A DNA stretch of 63,992 bases, filler included, from Craspedostauros australis (Eukaryota): the NCBI GenBank assembly GCA_030167865.1. It is 6 parts of 6 records of this genome, joined end to end, with 100 filler letters (N's around TTAATTAATTAA, not from the genome) between each part and the next. Parts side by side here need not be neighbours in the genome. Positions count along the whole stretch, not along the records: positions 1 to 13,926 come from JALAGF010003485.1; 5 more parts are not named here. The stretch is one strand, 5' to 3'. The notes under the pieces were generated by a model that worked only from the letters and a program-made list of their open reading frames with translations, made no database searches and had not been told where the DNA came from. Positions 1 through 10,063 of the stretch are shown here, in pieces (positions within the stretch are counted from its first letter, which is position 1; every line of letters starts with the position of its first letter). The translations under genes and the position numbers were made by a program.

Positions 1-772
1 GGCACATCCAGTGTCTTCAACCATGGGGCTGTTGGAAGGACGAAAGGATGCATGATACCAAATTGTAGAGAGTTGGAGGGAATTGTGTTGCTGGGAAGAT
101 CGCGAACTATGTGCAGTTGCCGTTGATACTTGACTAGCTGTGTCTGTTGGCGCGCCAACGCCTCTTCACCTGCATTGACCTGGTGCGGATGTATTCGCTG
201 GCGATGGGGGGCATGCATGAAACCCATGCAACTTGAGATCCGTGGCCCCATATGTTCTTGCGGAGACAGCGTGCAATGTGTCAACGCATCTGTTGTGAAG
301 TGAACGGATCCCAGCCACCACAACAGGCTGCCACCCATGGTGATGATCTCGTTGCCGCCGAATCATGTTATCGGTAGTACGAGGTTGAGAGCAGTTTTTC
401 CCGGGAATGAGCACGGGTGAGATATGGACATGATCAACGGTCCGCAGGGGGTGTATACTCTCGCTTGTCACCGTTACGTTTTGCCAATGGTTTGTGCGCA
501 TACTGGTGCTGCAAATGTCCTCATACCCACAAGATGACGATCACAAGTGTGAGAGCAGCCATGTCATGCCATGTCACATCATGGATAACGTGTATATTGT
601 GGGACGCTGTTTCGCCGCAGTTTCCAGAATGTGATCATCAGTGGAAATCTTTCCTCTTTGTGATGTGTCGGCGATGTATGTGATGAACCCGTTGGCTGGA
701 GACAGGTACGAAAGTGACACCGAGAACAACCAGGCTGTGCGCACACTCTGTCCCATCACTTGAGTTGTGAGT

Positions 773-1501
773 CTAGTTTGTCTCCTGCTGCATTTCCTCC
801 CACTGTAATTGTTGTATTTGTTGTAGTTGTTGTGTCTGCTGCATTTGCTCTTGCTTGTATCGCAACGCCTCGCGCTTCCACTGATTCTCTGTGCGGAAGC
901 GTTCGATGGTATCGACTCTGAGGAAGGTTCCGCCATTCTCCTCCATGTGTCGAAAGTCGACTTGGTATCCATATCCGCACAGGTTGAGAACGAGACCGAG
1001 CGAGAGGAAGGCACCGAGGAAGAAGGTGGTGTATGTCCACGCCTTGTCAATGACATCACCGACGGAACGTAGGATTGATTTGATGTCAACATTCTTTGTT
1101 GCATTCTTGATTGCATTCTGGTCATTGTCTTGGTTGCTCTTGCCCTCGTTGCTGTTTCTGCGAGTCAGTTTGTCCTGATTGGTCTGATCCATGCTGTCTG
1201 CACTTGGATCATGTCTGCCGTGATCATTCTCATCATCGTTAGATCCGAACAGTACCAACGGCGACGGTGTTGCTGTTGCTGTTGCAGTTGATGCTGTTCT
1301 TGATGAGAATGATGGCAGTGATGTCACATCAATCAAGTGTGTGCACCTTGCACTCGAACTTGCACTGGAACTTGCATTTGTGAATGCTGTCGCTTTGGCT
1401 GTCGGCGATGGCAAGGCTGGAACGAATGCTGCTTGGATCGACTGGGTCGCAGCCACAACCATGACCGCTGCCATCGCAGATGCCGCCTGGGTTCTCCTCA
1501 T
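773..1501 (-). CDS. Uncharacterised, probably plastid-targeted membrane protein
   Basis: The first in-frame ATG is at 1501 (the ORF track starts at an upstream TTG). A hydrophobic signal is followed by an ASAFAP-like motif (IQAAFVP) and a Ser/Thr/Ala-rich transit peptide. There is one hydrophobic segment (WTYTTFFLGAFLSLGLVLNLCGYGY) and a Gln-rich helical tail. Confidence 0.7.
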   Translation of the reverse strand: MRRTQAASAMAAVMVVAATQSIQAAFVPALPSPTAKATAFTNASSSASSSARCTHLIDVTSLPSFSSRTASTATATATPSPLVLFGSNDDENDHGRHDPSADSMDQTNQDKLTRRNSNEGKSNQDNDQNAIKNATKNVDIKSILRSVGDVIDKAWTYTTFFLGAFLSLGLVLNLCGYGYQVDFRHMEENGGTFLRVDTIERFRTENQWKREALRYKQEQMQQTQQLQQIQQLQWEEMQQETN

Positions 1502-1774
1502 GATTGTTGCCTTTGCGACCACTCCAGCTGAAGCTTCGTTCGTCTTCACACCACTACTCGTAGCACTTGTAGAGTGTGTGAGGAGAGTACCATACAATTA
1601 TAGTACGTGTACGGATAGGATCTTCATTGTCACGCTCTCTCGTTCTTTCTCTCGCTCTTTCCCTCTCTCTTTTGGCGCGCTATCATCCCCACCCGTGTGA
1701 GTCATCGCAGAGTATCATCTTCCGTGGATACTCCTCACGCTTCATGTTGTGTGGTGGAGGCGCCCGAGTACTTG

Positions 1775-2216
1775 TGACGTGTAGTCGTATCGTACCGTGG
1801 ATTGTTTCGGAACTTTCTTTCGTGTTCTTTTGTCTGATGTCTTTTGTGTGTGCCAACTCGTGTTTGAGCATTTGTGTGTTGTTGCGAAGGCTGACGTCAT
1901 GTGCGGTGGCGATCGTGGTGACGATGACCGACTTCCACGACCAAACAGACTGCTTCACACCTCCACCAATCAACGGCGAGCATCGAACATGACTCGACCA
2001 TGGCGACCACACTGACCATTGAAACCGTGATGACACGTCAGAATCCAACGTCATCATGACATCTTCCCTCCTTTCGCGATTTCATGATGACGTCAAGCGT
2101 TGGACAACACACACGAGAAGGATCGCACATTTTCAAGATCCGTCAGAACCCATCAAACGACTCACACCACATTTCGCGATTCTCTCCCACGCACGTTCTG
2201 TGCATCTCCATGACGT
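1775..2216. promoter_or_regulatory. Cluster of CCRE/CRE-like bZIP motifs in the divergent promoter upstream of iota-CA 1
   Basis: TGACGT 1775-1780, TGACGTCA 1892-1899, ACGTCA 2035-2040, ACGTCA 2048-2053, TGACGTCA 2088-2095 and TGACGT 2211-2216. These match the TGACGT/ACGTCA CCREs of the Phaeodactylum ptca1 promoter. Confidence 0.6.
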
Positions 2217-2346
2217 TTGTCCTGTACCAATACTCCATTGGTCTTCGTCCCCTGTATCGTCATCTCTTCATCCCTCCACTTTGTCATAAACTCACAACCC
2301 AACGGTAACAGCAACCTAACCCAACCCGACTGCAACACATTACAAC

Positions 2347-3840
2347 ATGAAGTTCACAAGCCAAGCTTTCGTCCTTGTGGCCTCTGCCCTGATGGCAGGC
2401 AACCAGGCTTCCGCCTTCGTCCCAGCCTCCCCATCCTTCGTTGTCAAGAGCGCTGTCGCCCCAGTCGCCCCAGCAGGCCTCGTCAACAGCAGCAGCCGCA
2501 GCAGCAACGTCAACAATGACCTCCTCTCCACCACCATCTCCAGCTCCACAGCCCTCAACATGGGTCTGATCAGCAAGCTGTTCGGAGGCGAAGATGACTC
2601 CGTCGAGGTCACCGAGGGCAAGGTCGTTGCCCCACAGGAGATCAACGAGGAGCAGGTCCGCAGCCTCTTCACCCTCTGGAACGACGCCCTGGCCACCGGA
2701 GACTCCCGCATCGTCGCCAAGCGTTACGCCGCCGATCCGGTCCTCCTCCCAACCGTCTCCGACACCCCACGCACCGACTTCGGCTCCATCAAGGACTACT
2801 TCGATGCCTTCCTCCTCAAGAAGCCACAGGGCAAGGTGGTCGATGGCAACATCCGCATCGGACACAACTGGGCACAGGACAGCGGCATCTACGAGTTCAC
2901 CATGGGCGCCGACGGCTCCAAGGTCAAGGCCCGCTACACCTTCATCTACATCTACGAGAACAACCAGTGGAAGATCAGCCACCACCACTCCAGCATGATG
3001 CCGGAGGAGATGGTGAGCCCAGAGGCCATCACCGAGGATGAGGTCCGCGGACTGTTCGGTCTGTGGAACGACGCCCTCGCCACCCTCGACTCCAAGAAGG
3101 TCGCCAGCAGGTACGCCAGCGAGGGAGTCCTCCTCCCAACCGTCAGCGACACCCCACGCGTTGATTTCGATGGAATCGTCGATTACTTCGACGCCTTCCT
3201 CCTCAAGAAGCCTCAGGGTGAGATCCTCGAGAGCAACGTGATCGTGGGCACCAACTGGGCTCAGGATGCCGGAATCTACGAGTTCACCATGGGCGCCGAT
3301 GGCTCCAAGGTCAAGGGTCGTTACACCTTCATCTACGTGTTCGAGGATGGCGAGTGGAAGATCAGCCAGCACCACTCCTCTGTCATGCCGGAGGGCATCC
3401 CAACCTCCCAGCCAATCTCCGAGCCGCAGGTGAAGAATCTGTTCTTCCTGTGGAACGACGCCCTCGCCACCGAGGACCCAATCGCCGTCGCCAACCGTTA
3501 CAGCAAGAACGCCGTCCTCCTGCCCACCGTGAGCGACGTGCCACGCACCGACCGCGATCTGATCGTGGACTACTTCGAAGGCTTCCTCAAGAAGAAGCCA
3601 CAGGGTGAGATCCTTGAGAGCAACGTGATGATGGGCAGCGACTGGGCCCAGGATGCCGGAATCTACGAGTTCACCATGGGCGTCGATGGTTCCAAGGTGA
3701 AGGGCCGCTACAGCTTCGTGTACGTGTTCGAGGATGGAGCCTGGAAGATCGCCCACCACCACTCGTCGGTGATGCCAGAGGGCATCCTCGGAGAGTCGCC
3801 GAAGCCTGCTGAGAAGGAGGTCGCCGCCGCCAAGAAGTAA
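2347..3840 (+). CDS. LCIP63: Iota-class carbonic anhydrase (LCIP63-like), three COG4875/SnoaL-like domains, plastid-targeted, copy 1
   Basis: Intronless 497-aa ORF with a signal peptide plus ASAFVP motif. Three repeats of LWNDAL...VLLPTVSD.PR...YF..FL.KKPQG...AQD.GIYEFTMG.DGSKVK.RY...WKI.[H/Q]HHSS.MPE. Strong C-ending codon bias. Confidence 0.92.
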   Translation: MKFTSQAFVLVASALMAGNQASAFVPASPSFVVKSAVAPVAPAGLVNSSSRSSNVNNDLLSTTISSSTALNMGLISKLFGGEDDSVEVTEGKVVAPQEINEEQVRSLFTLWNDALATGDSRIVAKRYAADPVLLPTVSDTPRTDFGSIKDYFDAFLLKKPQGKVVDGNIRIGHNWAQDSGIYEFTMGADGSKVKARYTFIYIYENNQWKISHHHSSMMPEEMVSPEAITEDEVRGLFGLWNDALATLDSKKVASRYASEGVLLPTVSDTPRVDFDGIVDYFDAFLLKKPQGEILESNVIVGTNWAQDAGIYEFTMGADGSKVKGRYTFIYVFEDGEWKISQHHSSVMPEGIPTSQPISEPQVKNLFFLWNDALATEDPIAVANRYSKNAVLLPTVSDVPRTDRDLIVDYFEGFLKKKPQGEILESNVMMGSDWAQDAGIYEFTMGVDGSKVKGRYSFVYVFEDGAWKIAHHHSSVMPEGILGESPKPAEKEVAAAKK

Positions 3841-4472
3841 ACAAGTACACTGCTGCGAGGGGAATGGATGGAATGGATTGGATTGCGTTGGATTCGGTTT
3901 GGATTTCTACTTTTTCTAATGGGTAGACAGGAATAGATTTTTGATCACTTTGACTGAGACTTGTAGTCGTATGTATGTGTCATCTCCCTGTTGGAAGATG
4001 TGATGATGAGTGAGGATGGTCTGATGTGGGGGTTGCAGGAAACTCATGATTGGTACTCTGCCTTCAGACTATGACACTGGTCATTATCGCCATCTTTGGA
4101 TGAAGGGCGCAATCACACTGCACAAATGTGATGGACCCATGGCACGAATGCGTAATGCTCTCCTTTGCTCTGCTCTCTGCAGAGAAAGAGAGAGAGTACA
4201 GCTCCCAGCATCGTGGCCTGACTGCCTGTTGTGTGGCTCGTAGAATTCAATCCACTCTGTTATTGTGGTTCACAGAATAGAAATTATTGTAATTGTTATT
4301 ATGTATCGGCAGGTTAATCTTCAGTCTGAGTATGTACGATGTAGAAATTTGCAGATGTGGAATGTAGAAGGTGTCTGTTGCAGCAACAGCAGCAGTAGCC
4401 AATATGATTATGCAGTCCTGGTGGAGCTCTCCAGATGCATGTCACGCAACCACCTGAACTGCGCCAATGTGC

Positions 4473-7166
4473 TCAACACAAAGATCCAAACTTCTTTGTG
4501 AGCAGACTGCCGAAGGCTCCGTACTCCTCGTCGATGACGATCTGTCCATCGTACAGGAGCTGCACAAACTCTGTTCCGTCGCCACCATCATCTTCAATGA
4601 TGAATGTATAGCAGTCGTTTGTGTCCAAGATGGAGGCCTGGCGGTAGAACCGGTTGATGTCAGTCAGAATCTGATGCCAGATGCTCTCACCTGCCATGTT
4701 CGTGAGAAAGTATCTGGTCTTGTCGGAGCGGGCAGCAGCATCCGTGAACAATCGAAGCTGCACGTTGGCAAGCGCGCCTGCTGTGGGGGGCTGAACCGGT
4801 GCAACTGTTCCAGGAGACGACTTTCGTTCCTTGGTTGGTGCAGACGTCGGCGCCGTTGTGGGTTCATCCGTTTCGATCTGTTCTGACAAGTCATCGAATG
4901 TTGGTTCGCCCGTATCAGCCAAAGCTGGGGGAACTGTCGGCTCGCTGGTATCTGCCATGGTTGGGGGAACCGTCGGTTCGCTGGTATCTGCCAAAGCTGG
5001 GGGGACTGTCGGTTCGCTGGTATCTGCCAAAGCTGGGGGAACCGTCGGTTCGCTGGTATCTGCTAGGGTTGGAAGGAAGGTTGGATCACTGGTTGCATCA
5101 TCCACCGGCTCCTTGGTTGGTGTGAACGTTGGCGTGGTGGTGGGCAAACGAGTTGGAGTGGAAGTTGGAGCGGGCGCCAGGGAGACGGACGCGCATGTTT
5201 CACCGAACTCGGATGATTCAAATTCCGCTCCGTTTGCAAACTGGGTGGTGAAGATGGAAGTCCCATCGAGGGAGACTTCGATGCTCCTCTCCTCGTCTTC
5301 TTGAGAGATACCATCCTCTTCCAAATCCGTCATGGCGAACTTGTAGCACGCGCTCTTGGCGATGCACTCCTTGAATTCGAGATCTGAGTTGGGATCGAAG
5401 CCCATGTGTTCGAGACGGATGACGCTGCCTTCGCGCAGCTGCCAGGTGTTCTCATTTGGCGTCCCGTCGGTGCTGAAACGCACAGTCATCAAGAATTCAT
5501 CGCTGTTGCAGTTGCCGTTGTTGTTGTGGGTGTCAGTGAGAAAATCGGCCGCCGCGAGCGCGTTGACGATGCCGTATCCGTATTGAATGTCCTTGCCGTC
5601 GGGACCTCGATCGGTAGTGGTCAAGGAAAGGGCGCGGCGGATCTCGAAGGAGGTGGCGGATGGTTTGATGCTCTTGAGGAGGGCCGCAACACCGGCAACG
5701 TGCGGCGATGCCATGGAGGTCCCCGAGCTGAGGGTGGTGGTGAGGCCATCTTTGTCGAGGCTACGCACGTTTTCTCCAGGGGCGGAGACGTCTACGAACC
5801 GATTCCTGGTCGAGCTGCTGTCGAGGTTGCTCTGCTCGTTGACGTTGCCCACGCTGATGACGGAGGTATAGCCGGAAGGAAATTCGACATTCTCCATTCC
5901 TGAGTTGCCGGCAGCGCCGACGAGGACGATGTTGGAGGAGTATATCGCCTGGAATTGGAGCGCCTCCGCTTCGCTGCCTTCGTCACCACCGAAACTCATG
6001 TTGATGACGTTGGCGCCAGCATCGACGCACTTCTGGATGGCGGCGATGTTGTCGCTGGCGAAATAGTCTGCGTTATCATCGAAGATGCGTACGGTGTAGA
6101 TGCTGACGCCAGGAGCAACGCCGACAACGTCAATGTTATTGTCCGAGGCCGCGATGGTGCCAGCGACGTGCGTCCCGTGTCCGTCGCCGTCCGATGACTG
6201 TTCGATGTGTATGAGTCGGTCGGTTTGCGGATTGGATTTTCGAGTTGGTGAGTTTGGGTTAGTATGAGTAAATATGTGCATGGTACCAGTATGTACCAGT
6301 ATGTGTGAGTATGCACGATAGCAGAATAGTGCACAAGCACCTATGGAGTAAAGGAATGCGGAGAGTGCGCTAACCGTAGCTCGTGCTCGTATGTTTCACG
6401 CACACAGACGGGGTGTGACCAAGTACTCTGGATCAGTTCAGTTCAATTGGCCATGGCAATGCGCGAAACTTACCCAATCGTTCTCTGGCGAGAAATCGAA
6501 TCCACCAACGATGTTGGCAGCAGTGATGTCTTCATGGCGCACCATTCCTGTGTCGACGACGCAAACCATCACGTTCTCTCCCTTGGTGTTGTACTTCGAC
6601 CAGACCTCGCGGGCCTTGACGAGATTGATTCCGTACGGGATCGTCTGCTCCTCTGGCTGTGAATCACCGTCACTATCGCCGTCCCCGTCGTAGTCATAGT
6701 CACCATCGTAATCGTAGTCGTACTCACTATCCTCATCTTCCTGAAGCCTGCGCCGGCTGTCGCCTTTGTGGGTTTCTGGGATGATGTATCGCTTGGAGTC
6801 TCCCTCGATGTCAAAGACGGCGGGTAAAGCCTTGAGCATGGGTTGCTTGGCGATTGGCACTTTGACGGCGATGAAGCTGGTTCCCAGGATCTCGTGGACG
6901 ATACGCACGTCATCGGAGTTGTCGTTTGCGAACTGTGTGACCTGGGCGAGGCATGAATTCTCCATGCCGTAGATGCAATGCACGATGACACGGTCGGTGG
7001 AGATGGCGCCGGACAGCACCCGGCGACCGCTGTTGGTGATGTGCGGACGTAGTGGCTCCTGCTTCCTTTGCGGTTTGGCTGCTGCACGAGTATGGGTGTT
7101 GGCCTGGACAGCACTGGCCATGAGCATGGAGAACACCACCGAGATGATGGGGCTGCGGAAGATCAT
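4473..7166 (-). CDS. Secreted subtilisin-like (S8) serine protease with propeptide, PT-rich linker and C-terminal domains, two exons (7166-6474, 6197-4473)
   Basis: Signal peptide, RRRL propeptide motif and catalytic motifs VCVVDTG, HGTHVAGT and SGTSMASPHVAG. A GTAAGT...CAG intron at 6473-6198 joins ENDW to SSDGDGHGTH in frame. Confidence 0.92.
4905..5065 (-). repeat. Coding 36-nt tandem repeat (LADTSEPTVPPA, about 4.5 units) in the subtilisin linker
   Basis: Near-identical units such as gtcggttcgctggtatctgccaaagctggggg are visible in both the DNA and the translation. Confidence 0.9.
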
Positions 7167-7997
7167 GATGATGTCGCTGTTGGTGTTGATGCGCGAAGAC
7201 TGGCACGGGCACTGGTACTTGTACTCGTACTGGTGGGCGTACGATGATAGTCAGCTGTGGAGACCACGGACCTGGGAAGTATGAGAGGAAGAGGGTGACT
7301 TGTTCCTGCTTGGAATGCCAAAAGTTTGGAGATGCACGGATGAGGTTGCTTTGTGAGTGTTCTTGTGCTTGTTCTTGTGCCTGTACGTTGTCGATCCGTG
7401 AGGGATGAGGCGTGAAGACCATGGTTTGCGGTTGATGGGTGGATTGGGCAACCGCAACTTCGCTTGCGCGTGACCAGCGCACAGGTTTTGGCGATGTGCG
7501 GATCGGAGGATCGGAGGACCCATGATGGAGCACACGGAGGTCGGTGGGAGGAGAGAAAGATGAGTGAGCGCGAGTGCGAGGAATGGATGGAACTTGACAA
7601 AAAGTCGGCGAACAATCTGTCCCAAGACCACATCAGATCATCGGCGTCGCAACTTCAGCTATCCAAGTGAGGGACACGAGTGGGGCGCCTCCATGCCGCG
7701 CGAGCTGCTCCAGCGATTCGGTTCTCGTGAACATCCATTCAATGTGAGACGGAGGGAGCGCCCCACTCTACCTCCTCTCGGGGGAACACTGGTATTGATG
7801 AGAAGCGCCAACCATCAATCGTCACAACACATGCGGGAGAGGATGTGGTCATTTCCCGTCGAGGGCCAGCGGCTTTTTGGCGCCGGCTTTGCTGTTCCTC
7901 CCATCATCTCCGTTGCGTGGATCGGAGGCCAAAAAATGAGGTGAGAAATTCTCCTTTTGTGGTGTTGGGCACAACGAATGATTGTCCTATCGGCCAA

Positions 7998-8224
7998 TGA
8001 CGCAAATGGCGACGCGTACCGCACTCTGCAGTCGTGTTTCACAGATGATCCTCATCCAAGTGAGACACGCGCGTCAAACCGTCCTCGTGTCGCACATACT
8101 ACACACAATAAGAATGGTACCACTATATATTCATCCTCCATTAAAATGGTATTTATACTGTGGTACTGCTATGTACTTCCGATTTGCGGACGTCATCAAG
8201 TGGACCAACGCCAGCATGACGTCA
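7998..8224. promoter_or_regulatory. CCRE-like motifs upstream of iota-CA 2
   Basis: TGACGC 7998-8003, ACGTCA 8190-8195 and TGACGTCA 8217-8224, about 400-620 bp upstream of the ATG at 8618. Confidence 0.5.
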
Positions 8225-8617
8225 TTTGAAGCCGCTCGCGTGTTTTGAGAATGATGACGAGAAAGATACGGCAACAAGCCACTGTTCGCATGTGCGTTCG
8301 TGTGCTTTTGTTGATCTTGTTGTTTTCCTCACACCAACACCGTAGTCCGTGCCATAGTAGGAGTACGTTGTTGGTGGAATCGGTGACGAAGGAGGCAGTT
8401 GGTGTGTTGCACAATTCATCACATGATCATCGCAGCTTCTCATTCCATAACTTGACCCGATACTCCTACTCCACCGGACTCTACGGACACAAGTGTTACC
8501 CTGCTCCATCGCAAAAGGACCCATTCATAAAGTACTCGTGTGTTCACCAACAACATCATTCGACCTATTCTATTGTCCGATAATATTATACGATATTAAT
8601 AGATACAGCAAGATAAG

Positions 8618-10063
8618 ATGAAGATCTCCAACTTGGCAATCGTCATTGTTGCTTCCGCTAGCGGAGCAGCAGCCTTCGCACCATCGTCGGCGTCCACTTC
8701 CAGCAGAGCCGCCTTCTGCGCCGCTCCAAGCCATCCAGCAGCAGTTCAGAGCAGCATCCAAAGCACTACCCAGCTGGGCCTGTTCGGTCTCTTCAACAAC
8801 AACAAGGACAAGTCCACGTCTGGCAGCTCTGGCGAGAACGGAGCCCCAGCCGGCGCACAGCCGATCACCGAGACCGAGGTTCGCGACCTCTTCAACCTCT
8901 GGAACAACGCTTTGGCCACCGGAGACTCTGGAATCGTTACGAAACGCTACGCTGCGGAGCCGGTGCTGCTGCCAACCGTCTCGGATACCCCACGCAAGGA
9001 CGCAGAAAGCATCAAGAACTACTTCGACTCCTTCCTCCTCAAGAAGCCCCAGGGCGAGATCGTCGAGGGAAACATCAAGATCGGACACAACTGGGCCTCC
9101 GATTGCGGCATCTACGAGTTCACTCTGGGTGCCGATGGATCAAAGGTCCAGGCTCGCTACTCCTTCGTTTACGTCTACGAGAACGGCCAGTGGAAGATCA
9201 GCCACCACCATTCCTCCATCATGCCGGAGGGAATTGACCTCGCACAGAGCATGACACCGGAGCGCGCCCGCAATCTCTTCCACCTCTGGAACGACGCCCT
9301 CGCCACTCTCGATTCCGACGCCGTGGCCAGCCGCTACTCCAAGAACGCGGTCCTCCTTCCAACCGTCTCCGATGTTCCACGCACGGACTACGCCCTCATC
9401 AAGGATTACTTCGACGCCTTCCTCCTCAAGAAGCCGCAGGGCGAGATCCTCGAGAGCAACGTGATCGTGGGCACCAACTGGGCCCAGGATGCCGGAATCT
9501 ACGAGTTCACCATGGGCGTCGATGGCTCCAAGGTCAAGGGTCGCTACACCTTCATCTACGTGTTTGAGGAAGGCCAGTGGAAGATCAGCCAGCACCACTC
9601 CTCTGTCATGCCGGAGGGCATCCCCTCCTTCAAGACCATCGAGGAGTCGCAGGTGAAGAACCTGTTCCAGCTCTGGAATGCCGCCCTCGCCTCCGGCGAT
9701 CCAAAGAAGGTTGCCCAGAGGTACAGCAAGAACGCAGTTCTCCTACCAACCGTCAGCGACGTGCCACGCACCGATGCCGCTCTCATCGAGGATTATTTCG
9801 TCGCCTTCCTCAAGAAAGCGCCGATGGGAAGGATCGTCGAGAGCAACATCATGATCGGCAAGAACTGGGCTCAGGATGCCGGAATCTACGAGTTCACGAT
9901 GGGGGCGGACGGATCCAAGGTTCTCGCGAGATACAGCTTCGTCTACGTCTTCGAGGATGGAGAGTGGAAGATCTCTCATCACCATTCCTCCGTAATGCCA
10001 GAGGAGTACCTGGGAGCGGCACCCAAGCCAAAGGTCAAGGGATCAAAGAAAGTCACCGCCTAA
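8618..10063 (+). CDS. LCIP63: Iota-class carbonic anhydrase (LCIP63-like), three COG4875 domains, plastid-targeted, copy 2
   Basis: Intronless 481-aa ORF with a signal peptide plus AAAFAP motif. Same three-domain layout as copy 1, with HHHSS, QHHSS and HHHSS motifs. Confidence 0.92.
   Translation: MKISNLAIVIVASASGAAAFAPSSASTSSRAAFCAAPSHPAAVQSSIQSTTQLGLFGLFNNNKDKSTSGSSGENGAPAGAQPITETEVRDLFNLWNNALATGDSGIVTKRYAAEPVLLPTVSDTPRKDAESIKNYFDSFLLKKPQGEIVEGNIKIGHNWASDCGIYEFTLGADGSKVQARYSFVYVYENGQWKISHHHSSIMPEGIDLAQSMTPERARNLFHLWNDALATLDSDAVASRYSKNAVLLPTVSDVPRTDYALIKDYFDAFLLKKPQGEILESNVIVGTNWAQDAGIYEFTMGVDGSKVKGRYTFIYVFEEGQWKISQHHSSVMPEGIPSFKTIEESQVKNLFQLWNAALASGDPKKVAQRYSKNAVLLPTVSDVPRTDAALIEDYFVAFLKKAPMGRIVESNIMIGKNWAQDAGIYEFTMGADGSKVLARYSFVYVFEDGEWKISHHHSSVMPEEYLGAAPKPKVKGSKKVTA

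Noticed and set aside
1..570. Possible transposon remnant or gene fragment at the window start
   Set aside because: Only short frames with no motif I can identify.
2284..3762. 492-aa antisense ORF over iota-CA 1, and similar ones over iota-CA 2 and SelO
   Set aside because: These are shadow ORFs caused by strong codon bias on the coding strand, with no recognisable protein features.
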